Both the position numbers and the translations under genes were made by a program. This document shows, in pieces, positions 53,429-64,000 of a stretch of 64,000 nucleotides of DNA. Source of the DNA: Podarcis gaigeae. Its lineage: Eukaryota. The stretch lies in assembly GCA_964106915.2 (NCBI GenBank), contig OZ066924.1; one strand, written 5' to 3'. The first letter of the stretch is position 1; each line of letters opens with the position of its first letter. The notes under the pieces were generated by a model. It was not told the DNA's origin. It was given only the letters and a program-made list of their open reading frames with translations, and did not search any database.

Positions 53429-53590
53429 TAGAATCATAGAATCAAAGAATTGTAGAACTGGAAGGGACCGCGGGGGTTATCTAATCCAAACCCCTGCAAT
53501 GCAGGAATCTTTTTTCCCCCTAAGAAGGGGCTTGAACCCATGAACCTGAGATTAAGAGTCTCATCATCTACCGTATGAACTATCCCAGCT
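53429..53590 (-). mobile_element. tRNA-Lys-derived SINE with CR1-type tail
   Basis: Reverse complement has a gagactcttaatctcagg head and an attctatgattct tail. Confidence 0.72.
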
Positions 53591-56586
53591 TGATGAAGAG
53601 TAACCTAGCACTCTCAAAGCCTTTTGCTAGAAAGGTGGAGGGAGACATGCACAATTAGGATATGTGAAATGGTTGTTTCGGACACACATGCCTCTTAAGC
53701 AGAATTGCATTTCATGGAGACTGGTGTTATAGCACCCAAAGATCACTCTCCCTGACTTTCTTCAAGGGTTCTCTATATTTCTTAAGAATAATCCTTCCAT
53801 CATTGTCCAGTGCTTGCAAAGATCTGAATCACTGTGAAATTATCAAAGGTTCAGCTAGTGTATGATTGTGTATTGAATACACTTGTGGGTCCATGTCTTG
53901 AGAGACTGAAATTGCTCAGCGGTAAGAGCTGATGGGACTTCACAAACTCAAATGGAGGAGAAATAGCTAATGCAGAGCACCCCTCATAACCTAGTGCACT
54001 TGAAAGTATAAAGTATTATGGAAAGCAGTTGCAGAAATGTGAACCTGGACTGAATTACTGTATTTCATTATGTGAACCTACTTCAGAAAGACACAGAACT
54101 GGTGTGAGATCGATAATTTGACTGGTATTGCAGAGTATTTCTACCTTTCTTCTTCCCAAATCAATAAGAATGTTGAAAATGTAGATCTTACAGTTCTTAA
54201 TGGTCCCTTTTCCATGTAGTTTTGTAGGTGCACTTGCATGTAACCATCTAAGAGTGAGGGGGAAGGTTGCGTGGAAATATTTACAGGCACACAGGTCCCT
54301 TCCAGCTCTACAAGTCCATGATTTCTGGATCATGACTGATATTTTTTCAACTGTCACAACAGCAGAAATGGCTGCAACTACCTGAGTATAGCCTCCTGGT
54401 TCGCAGCAGCCTTTTCTGCATGGGGTCTTGCATCCAATATATGGCTGCATGGATTAAAAATGGCCAGTTGCATGCATGAACTGATTCTCATTGTGTAATT
54501 GCCTTGTCTTCCTAGGCTCTGAATAGTGAATTGTTTTATGCCTGATGTTTAGTCGTAAACTGTGTATCTGTAAGGAACAGATTGTTGCTGACCAATCAGG
54601 CACTAATGTCTTTCATGGGATTTGGCAATGCAGCTTTTTGGGGGAAAAGAAAGTAAGCTCACATATTCAGCAAAGTGCTTTCTGAAAGGCTGACCCTAGT
54701 CTGCAAAGCGTTGGTCCTGCCTTCTGTCCTCACACGTCATGTTTCATTTGCCAGTCCCTACCCTGCTCCAATCCCCATAACTATGATTTATGTCTATTGT
54801 AGGTAGCAAGCCTAATAAGAAAGACTTGTACCATAAATTGTACCTTGGAATAGATGGATCAGACTATTTTCATTCTTTGTCAGTTTCACATGAGTTTAGT
54901 TATGTCTCTTCGGGCTGGATTTTGGAATATATTTTTTTAATGCACAGAAGATTCACATGTATATTGTATGCATTTTTGCATGCACATTTCTCTTTAAAAA
55001 TGTGCTTGTTTCTCTCATGAATTATGCAATTTTATACACTAAAAAAACACCCCTGCATTGCAAACTTCAGAGACATGCACACTCAAACTGTTCACTGTCT
55101 TATATGCCCGAGAATGGTGAATAAGGTCTGTTAACTTTAAAATGAAGACCAAACAAAATCATCACTAATTGCACCATGTTCAGTACAGTGTTAGCCCTCA
55201 AACCCTTTTGGCCAACCCTGAAGAGTTGCTTCCAGTGAGTGCATTTAATAGTGAGCTAGATGGACCAATGATTTTACTTGCTATAAGGCAGCTTCCTCCT
55301 AGGAAGGCTAAGAAAACTCTTTGATGTGATGCTTGAAACCATGCTGTGCAAGCACATTGCATTATTTCAATTTGCTATTTTAAGCCAAATAAATGAGTTG
55401 TGTGTGTGTGTGTTAAAAAATGCTAATACGTTTCTTTTTAAATCTAATTTTGCTTTACTGTAATGCAGAAGGATATTTCCAATAATTGTGTCCCAGATAA
55501 TTTGCAGATTATTGTAATGGGCACGATGTCCTCAGACCCTCAGCAATGGCTGTGGCTTTCAGATTTCAGTACAAAAGAGACATGCTGTACCAGGTCTCCA
55601 TGTGGCAGGGAAGGAGGATCGTAAAACCCACCTCTCTCTCATTATTGAAATTAACATTCATTGATTGCATGTGCCCAACGCAGCACTCAGGCATTCAGTG
55701 CACATCAGAAACAAATTTGAAAATTAATGATATCACTTCTAAGGCATGAATCCCAATAAAGGCAATTGGAAAAAAGAAAAAAGAACAAGAAAGCAAAACT
55801 TTGTGTATTCACTGGTGTCTCTCCAACAGAGAGAGAGAGAGAGAGAGAGAGAGGGAAAGAGAAGAGCACATGAAATACCGACAACAACATCACTGGCCAA
55901 AGGACTTATTCTTTGTTCTAAGGTACATTACCAGTCCTTCTATGTTAAATGCTGGGGAAAGTCTAATAGAATCAGATTGACATTTGAGAGCAGGCTGCAC
56001 TAAAATAAGTAGTGAAGGATAACAGAACAGAAAGGTAAAAAGGTTTTGACTCCACAATATCACTTTAAATGGGGAGCACAAAGGATGCAATCATAAACAC
56101 ACTTATTGGGGAGTTAAGTCTCAATGAATATAGTGTAGCTTACGTCTAAGTAAACATGTGTAGATTGTGCTACATGCCAGGTCCAATCCGCGCATGTAGA
56201 TGGTGCTACACATCTGGTCCAATGTACTTATGGATTCTTTGGTTTGTCCTATCACATTAAAATGCAGAGCTTTATTTACTGTGGCATTGCAAAATGTTCT
56301 CGAGGCAGACACTTTCCTAACCCACTCTTCTGACAGCTAGTTAAGCTAAATGATCAGGGTGAGGTTTTTTGGGTGGTGATGGTGGTTTGGACTAGGTTGC
56401 CCTCATACAATCATATACAGCATATATGAAAGGAAAAGCAAAAGAATGGAATGTACACTTAAAATATCAGATGACGGAATGATTTAGCCTGTGTACAAAA
56501 CATGCCTACAAGCAAAATATTTTCAAGCTTGAGCTACGCCAAGCCTCCTGGGGTAATATTTTGGGGAAGGGTAATAGCTCAGTGAT

Positions 56587-56932
56587 GGGACACGGGTGGT
56601 GCTGTGGGTTAAACCACAGAGCCTAGGACTTGCTGATCAGAAGGTTGGCAGTTCGAATCCCCGTGACGGGGTGAGCTCCTGTTGCTTGGTTCCTGCTCCT
56701 GCCAACCTATCAGTTTAAAAGCACGTCAAAAGTGCAAGTAGATAAATAGGTACTGCTGTGCTGGAAAGGTAAACGGTGTTTCCATGTGCTGCTCTGGTTC
56801 GCCAGAAGCGTCTTAGTCACGCTGGCCACATGACTGTATGCCGGCTCCCTTGGCCAATAAAGCGAGATGAGCACTGCAACCCCATAGTCGGCCACGACTG
56901 GACCTAATGGTCAGGGATCCCTTTACCTTTAC
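56587..56932 (+). mobile_element. Sauria SINE nested in an older tRNA-SINE
   Basis: 13-bp TSD taatagctcagtg at 56572-56584 and 56933-56945, which is the A-box region of the host SINE. Confidence 0.92.
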
Positions 56933-56996
56933 TAATAGCTCAGTGGTACATCACCTGCCTTGCATGCATAATGTCTTGCATTCAACACCCTGACCT

Positions 56997-57520
56997 TGCT
57001 ATGGACCTTGGTTGGTCGCCTGTTGAAGGGGCCTGGTAGGAATTTTCCCACTTGGCAGATTGGCAGCAGCCACTTGGTCTTTGCCTACCTCATAGCAAAT
57101 CATCACAACTTTGTAAGGTTTGGCATTGGAAAAGCTTGTTTATGGGAGGGGAGGTTGTGGCCATCACCTGCCCCTTTCCTTTAAGGGTATTCCGTTAAAG
57201 GAATCCTGGGGTTGTGGTTCCTGTCCGAAGCCTGGCTAGAGGCTAAGGCCATGGCACGACCTCTCTAGTGACCCTGAGCAGAGCTCCAAGTTTATGTACA
57301 TCAACAGGGCTCCCTCTACTGGTGGTTAACCCTTGTGAGACTACCTGCATGGTGGGCAGGAGCCAGATATAGTCGGTTTGGGTCCAATGCCTAAGCCAAT
57401 ACCATTCACATTCTGTAACCAATACATTTGTGGCCTTTATTAGCCCATTAACCTAAAATACTGGTGTCTACGTGTCTTATTCATCAAATGGGGGGTGGGG
57501 GTGGGGCCTTGACACGCAAT
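56997..57520 (+). mobile_element. LTR-like insertion
   Basis: About 520 bp interrupting the host SINE, whose tail resumes at 57521 (gctaggaggaccaattgtctgactaggtataaggcagcttcct); possible acct duplication; ends approximate. Confidence 0.45.
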
Positions 57521-57589
57521 ACCTAGCTAGGAGGACCAATTGTCTGACTAGGTATAAGGCAGCTTCCTGTTGTCCCACAGCTGTAGAGC

Positions 57590-57895
57590 AATCGCCGAGA
57601 AAGCTTCTATCCATGCCATTGCAACTGTAGAGATACAGTTATCAACAGAATGTAGAGTCAATATATCAAATCTTTCACACAAGATAAAATTGAAAGCTGT
57701 GGCGAGATCTCATAGGATCAGTAGCAAATCAAGATCAACAGAATCCAAAGCTGCAGCAAGAGCATACAATAGGATCAGCTGGGTAAAATGTCATCTCTTG
57801 TTCTAAGGTTGAAAACATAAACCAAAGCCATCATAGTCTCAGCACCAAATCCAGGTCAAAAGCCAAAATTATCTTCAGGAGTATCTAAAGCTGCA
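57590..57895 (-). mobile_element. Very old L2-type RT fragment
   Basis: Minus frames give FGF*PGFGAET (cf. SGFRPGHGTET), LILLYALAAALDSVD (cf. LILLDLSAAFDTVD) and AMAWIEAFL. Confidence 0.6.
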
Positions 57896-57900
57896 CAAGC

Positions 57901-57917
57901 TGTGTGTGTGTGTGTGG

Positions 57918-57965
<48 letters not shown>

Positions 57966-57988
57966 GAGAAAGAGAAAGAGAGACAGAG
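57901..57988. repeat. Compound microsatellite (TG)n(GA)n(GACA)n
   Basis: Directly visible. Confidence 0.9.
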
Positions 57989-60252
57989 AAATGGAGTGTT
58001 GCCTGTCTAAGGTTGCAAACATAAACACATTTATTGGACGTTATCCCTACTGAACACAGTGAGGTATTATTCTGAGTAAACAGGCAGAATATCAAGTAGC
58101 AAGTCAATTTTTCTTTCCCAATCATATGTTTAGTTACAGCAGATTTAAGGCTGCTTGATCTGCTCTCTCCCTTGCCCTCCATGAGGCATTGGGAAATCCA
58201 GCCAATACATGATCCAGCATATCTCAGCTGATTTTCATGAATCAGAATGGACCTAGGTCCAGGTTGTAATGATCAGTTTTGCTTCAATACAGTGGGCAAC
58301 ACAGATCATTGTAAATTCTTGAAATGGAATTCATTTTTTTTTAATTGTATCTCTTCCACCCATAAACATAGAAATATGGGATTTTCAGTTTAGGCAGAAG
58401 GTTGAGCAAAGTGGTGACTTGATAGAGGTTCACTTTGCCCCCTCAAAAAATAAATATTGTGGAATCCCCATTTTCGCTTCACAATAACCTTGGGTATTAG
58501 GCTAAAATATGCTAAATAGACCAATGTCAACCAGTAGGATACATGGCTATGTTGGGATTTCAACTGGTTTATTTATCCCTGGTTTAAGTCCACCTACCTT
58601 TATATTATAGCACACTGGCTCTAAATGAACAATCAGTTCCTTTCCTGTCCTTCCTACATAGTTAAGAAATAGGACAGTTTTGGATTATACAATGTATTCT
58701 CATGGCCCTTTTTTCATATAGTAACCATTGATGTAAAAACATGTGTTTGTTTTACGGTGACAGGGTAATGGCCTTGTCAGTCGATAAATGAATGAACATT
58801 CAGAGTGAGTTGCTGTATTCAACTTATGCTTCTGAGGACCAAACACCACACAGAATGTCACAAACATGCTTGTGGTTGATAGAAACCAAACTCAATGAAC
58901 AAAGTAACCATATGCCTACCTACTCAGAAGCCTTACTGAGTTCAGTGGGGCTTACCCCATGCAAGCTGGTATAGGATTGCAGGATTTGAGTAGTAGCCTC
59001 AGTCATTTGGAGAGCCTAACACAAGGTCCTGCCAAATAATAGCCCTTTAACTCCCTTTGTGTGTGTACATGAAATCATGGTGTCTTAAAACTGCTCTGCT
59101 TTGGCTAGATCACGACCAATATTATTAGAGTGGAATGGAAGTTTATTTTAAATGGTACCCACATAATAATCTTTCCTTGTGTCATTTCTTATTTTTAATT
59201 CATATACCTGAAAGTCAGGGGGTGAGGCGTAAATTTCCAAGAATGATTTATAGAACAAGATAATTAGCTAGAGGTGACATACTTGAGTTTATTATGCCGG
59301 AGACCGGAGATTCTTTGTACCACACAGTGCAGGTGACTTTTCCAAGGTTGCGCTACCAGTGAGTGATTGCATAATGAGTGATATGAGCTGTCATCCATGC
59401 TTTCCATAATTTGCAAAGCCCTGGCGTTCACAGAGTTCTGAGAACACAAAGCAATGAATGAGATATTAAACCATCTAATCCTTTCCTCCCTAATCCCTTC
59501 CCCCATCCAGTGCTTGCTTGAAAACAATGGTAATGAAGGGTAGGGATTTTGTGGTTTGATGCAGGCTCCCTGTGGTATTTCTTTGAAATGCTGAGACGCT
59601 GTAGCTTGCTCTCCCTTTCTTGTTTAGCCCAGTTTAGCAAAAAGAAAACAAAACAAAAAAACCCTTCTTGCTCATCATAACCACAAGACTCCAAGGAGAA
59701 ACACGAAGCGGTGTAGCTTTAAAGGTCTCATTAATTTCCTTTGTACTCCAAACCTGGAACATTAGAAATTGTGATAGCGCAGATTCTATTCCAAAGTCAA
59801 AAATTCACTCCAATTATCCCGCTATTTACATCAAAGAGAGCCTGAAAGGGATGCACACGAGAATTACATTCTTGTGCTGAAAAATTAATACATCGTTGAC
59901 ACTGACCCATTTTCCTGGCTTATGAATTTTTCAAGCTTTTCTGACTTGTAAGACAGATCCATGCTTAAACTTGTTTTGGGATATTGTCCCTTGAAAGATT
60001 AAAGAGCAAGGCCTGTTGTTCCTTTGGAGGACAGATAATGCATAAAATAAAATATATTTTTAAAATGGTCTTCGCAATGCCAATGTCTAGACTATTTAAA
60101 TCTCAAGCACTTGTTTCAACAAGGAGGCAAATTGAGTACAAATGCACATATGAGTTGAGTTACACAAAATAGCATTTACATCATGATAGCATTCTATAAG
60201 ACAAAGGCTGAATCTACACTTAGAGATCTGTAACATCTCAGTCACTCTGAAT

Positions 60253-60388
60253 CAGGCTTCCTCAACCTCGGCCCTCCAGATGTTTTTGGCCTACAACTCC
60301 CATGATCCCTAGCTAGCAGGACCAGTGGTCGGGGATGATGGGAATTGTGGACTCAAAACATCTGGAGGGCTGAGGCTGAGGAAGCCTG
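60253..60388. mobile_element. hAT MITE
   Basis: TIRs caggcttcctca...tgaggaagcctg; perfect 8-bp TSD ctctgaat; older relatives near 48544-48680, 48783-48909 and 49810-49948. Confidence 0.92.
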
Positions 60389-60872
60389 CTCTGAATCCTC
60401 ATGACACAACACACTGCATTCCCATGAGTCCTACCTCATTATTCCAATATTCTCCTGACCCAATTTGTGAGGTTTTTCCCCACCTCTTGTGCCTAATGTA
60501 GGTAAGTGACACATGATTCTTATGATGGGAGTGGATGATATCTACAATTTCATAAGGACTTTCCTCAAACACACCCTTGACTCTGTTTTAGGAATGGGTA
60601 AATAGGCCAGTTTCAGTTTCTCTTTCTGATTTTTTCCAAAGTTAAAATTGGTTATCCACATTTCCATGTAGTGTTCTGGAAGCTTCTCTGTGTGAAAGAA
60701 ATAAGCAAAAGCTGGCTTAAATTGGTTCGGTTATCTCTTTCAGTCAAGGTCATGCTAACTATGAAAGTAGGGCCAGAAGGAGCCTTGGCTTCACTTTCTC
60801 TTTCTCTCTCCGCCACCCTTTCTGGTGTGGTTTTCTGCACATAGTATGCTTAGTGTTAAGGTTTAGACTTAT

Positions 60873-61018
60873 CAGTGGCGTAGCGTGGGTTGTCAGCACC
60901 TGGGGCAAGGCAAGTAATTTGACCCCCTAACCCATGGATTTGCGCCCCCTAACCCTAACTCCCAGATGTTGCGCTCGGTGCGGTTGGCCCCCCCTGCACC
61001 CCCCACGCTACGCCACTG
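60873..61018. mobile_element. hAT (Tip100-like) MITE
   Basis: TIRs cagtggcgtagcgtggg / cccacgctacgccactg; 8-bp TSD ag(a/t)cttat. Confidence 0.88.
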
Positions 61019-61278
61019 AGTCTTATTATAAGTTATTGTAAGTTTAAGTTAAGTCTGCTGCAACTGGATTTCTTATGGACAGTGCCAACCCTGAATGTAT
61101 TGGACACAACCATTATCTGGTCTATTTTTTGGGACTCCTGCAAAGTGTTTAAGTTTTACTCTGCCACTTTTTACTCCAAAATCTACTCTGGATCAATATT
61201 GAGTAAAATTTCAGTGACAGCCTGACAGTGCCATGACATCAGGACATCCCTCTCTAGGAATAGGTTGTTGTTTTTTTA

Positions 61279-61647
61279 AAAAAGTAAAGGACCCCTGGAC
61301 AGTTAAGTCCAGTAAAAGGCGACTATGGGGTTGTGGCGCTTATATCACTTCAGGCCAAGGGAGCCAGCATTTGTCCACAGACAGCTTTCTGGGTCATGTG
61401 CTAGCATGACTAAACCATTCCTAGTGCAATGGGATCCCACAACAGAAGCCAGAGCGCACGGAACATTGTTTACCTTCCCACCACAGCAGTACCTACTTAT
61501 CTACTTGCACCAGCGTTCTTTTGAACTTCTAGGTTGGCAGGGGCTGGGACAGAGCAACAGGAGCTCACCCCATCGTGGGGATTCGAACCGCCGACCTTCC
61601 GATCGGCAAGCCCAAGAGGTTCGGTGGTTTAGACCACAGCACCACCT
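61279..61647 (-). mobile_element. Sauria SINE, subfamily of 5884-6251
   Basis: gtaaaggacccctggacagtta tail variant; tRNA-like head at the right end. Confidence 0.9.
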
Positions 61648-61649
61648 GT

Positions 61650-61850
61650 GTAGGTGATGAAGCAGACAAAGCTGGTCGAAGGCACTCCTAGCTGCAGAGG
61701 ACACTTGGGTGACATTTGGGAGTTTCCCTAAGCTACACACTTGTTTTTTCAGAGGGAGTGGAACCACTTCCAGATCAGGGAGTTTGCCTATCTCCTGGAC
61801 ATGGGTACTTCCCATCCACAACCTCCATCTTCCCTGGTTTCAAGCTTTCA
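61650..61850 (-). mobile_element. L2 ORF2 fragment
   Basis: LPLKKQVCSLG...QVSSAARSAFDQLCL peptide. Confidence 0.65.
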
Positions 61851-62994
61851 CAGCCTCTCTCAATTCACATCCTAATTTACATACCATATCAGTGATCCCA
61901 TCCAATGAAAAGGAAGGATGTTTCCAAAGTCCACAGTCTTCAGAAGAGATTTCAAAATTTAATTCAGGATTCCTTTTAAAACACTATTCATTCATTATTC
62001 CCACATGCCTTTGTTGTTGCCCTTATTGGTTATAAACTGCATTTGGGAGTCCTTTTAAGGGCTGAAAGGCGGTGTACAGGTATTTTCAATGAATAAAGGA
62101 AAAAGAAATCATTATATATGATTTGTGCCAATCTCTAGATGAGCCAAAAAAGCAAGTGTTGTGTTTTGCTAAGCAGATTCTATGTTAGGAACATTTAATA
62201 TTTGTCCGTAAGATTTCATCACAGCCACTTTTGGAGAGGTGTTTTTGATATATTAAAATTGATTAGATTGTTTTGACAGCTTTACTTCTGCTCGGAGATT
62301 CTTACTGTTGCTTTTCTGCAGTAATCAATCTCTAGTCTGAAAGATTGTGGGTTGGGAAGGAGGGGGCGAGAGCTTTGCAAGATGCCAAAAATCATATGAA
62401 GCAAAATGAAACACAGTGTGGTTGTCTACTTAGTTCTCCAACTACTCCCCCCCACACACACCCCAAGAAAGAAAACAGCCAGCTCAGCCACAAAATCAAT
62501 GGCTTTGGATATATGACCTCTGGCTGGCTGAGAAGACTAAAACCAAATGTGGGATTAGGAAGGACAAGACATGGAAATTGTCAAATGTAGAAGATCCTCT
62601 TTTTCAAGAGTCAGCAGGATGACTTGAAAAATTAACTAAAAATAAGTTATGTATAGCATCACCATGCACATACCTAAATAAATGGAAAGCATATGTTACA
62701 ATCTATACAACCTCCTGCAGTTCTGGTTATAAAGGGAGGGAGAAAAGTGCTGAGTATATAAAAATGGTGGAGAATTTGTTACATTTGTCTCCCCCACTGA
62801 CCAACAAATGAATTTTATATGAAACATACATTGAAGTTTCACTGTCCCATATGTGACCCCTCCTTGTACAGGAAATAATCAGTTTGGAGCTCATAATGTA
62901 TGGAATATTGAGCATTTTCCATAACAAGGCATGGTGATGGAAGAATCAAGTTGATAAGTGTGTCCTGAGCTATAAATTTGCTATGGCCATTTCA

Positions 62995-62997
<3 letters not shown>

Positions 62998-63039
<42 letters not shown>
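62998..63039. repeat. (TA)n microsatellite
   Basis: Directly visible. Confidence 0.95.
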
Positions 63040-63042
<3 letters not shown>

Positions 63043-63154
63043 ATGGAAAAGATTGCTGGTTGCTGGAACATACACCAACTTTCAATTCCCAATTCCCTGA
63101 TTTTATTAAATGCGTTGCTTACATTCTGAAAATTCGAGAAAATATTTGCTTCTC

Positions 63155-63210
63155 TAGGTTGGCCTAGATGACCCTAATAGTCCCTTCCAACTCTACAGGT
63201 CTGTGATTCT
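63155..63210 (+). mobile_element. CR1 extreme 3' end
   Basis: ggttggcctagatgacc...cccttccaactct...ctgtgattct. Confidence 0.7.
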
Positions 63211-64000
63211 ACTCAGTTTTCTTGTAGCTAAAGAGACTGTATGCAGTGTCTAGGCAATATGAATCAACAGTGAAGACCTAGCAGGAGCATTGCTAAGTAT
63301 GTCTTTATCAGTTCATTCAGATGGCCGCATAAACAGTGTAATATTGTGGAACTCGTTAGAAAAAATACCCCATAGCAAATGAGATAAGGGGTTTGTCCAT
63401 ACTGGAACAAAATGTGGGTATGCATTTGCCTGTCTCTTCATTAACACTGGGGACCCTTCCTCCTTCAAATTTGGTGGGTTTTAAAAAATGGATAGGATGG
63501 GTGGGGGAGAACCCTGTATTTAAAGAGGGAAAGATAATACCAATGGGGAATATTAATGGGGAAACGGGCAGTTGCAGATCCACGTTTTGCTCTGTTATGA
63601 ACAACCCAAATTTTCCATCCACCCACCCACTCACTTAGTTCTTTGGGTTAGAAAAATATCATCCCTCGGAGAAAATATTCATGCAAGTGCATGAAGATTC
63701 ACACAACTGAGTGTTGCATATAGTTTGGCCACAATGCACACAGTTTTAAAGACAGAATTCAAAGCTTGCGGCTCCACCTTAAACACTGAAGATTTCCAAC
63801 ACAGAAAGTATTTCTGTGTAGTTAAAGAATAAGACTAATATATAGAACATTGTGTGAAAACACTGTTGGCTCCATATTTTTAATTTTTTTTGGAGGCAGG
63901 GAGAGGGATCCTTGGAAAAGATGCCCTATGTGGTCCCCACATCTTGTCCACCATTTCTCTTCCTCTCTGGCCCAATTCTTAAGAAGAAAAGGTCAGCTAG

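Noticed and set aside
60924-60960. Telomere-like ccctaa units
   Set aside because: Only three units, internal to a hAT MITE; not an interstitial telomere.

Overview
Non-coding, transposon-rich vertebrate DNA from a squamate reptile, most likely a lacertid lizard (Sauria SINEs, a Squam3-type SINE, BovB, CR1, L2, L1 and RTE-X LINEs, Tc1/mariner and hAT MITEs, solo LTRs). There are two assembly gaps (26185-26319, 43723-44101). I recognise no host protein-coding gene, so the window looks intronic or intergenic. The only long ORFs belong to a 3-kb, 5'-truncated RTE-X LINE (10621-13666, minus strand, two frameshifts, 9-bp TSD). The best-supported unusual structure is a chimeric Sauria SINE at 48977-49358. 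It contains a 130-nt copy of the tail and unique 3' flank of another SINE 3.5 kb away, and the copy stops at that SINE's first Pol III terminator, which suggests RNA-templated local transduction. More speculative items are a decayed minus-strand reading frame at about 29.5-31.0 kb with weak collinear resemblance to bornavirus nucleoprotein, split by an L1 insertion, and a few canonical-looking orphan exons. All family assignments are by eye from remembered consensus motifs, not database searches.
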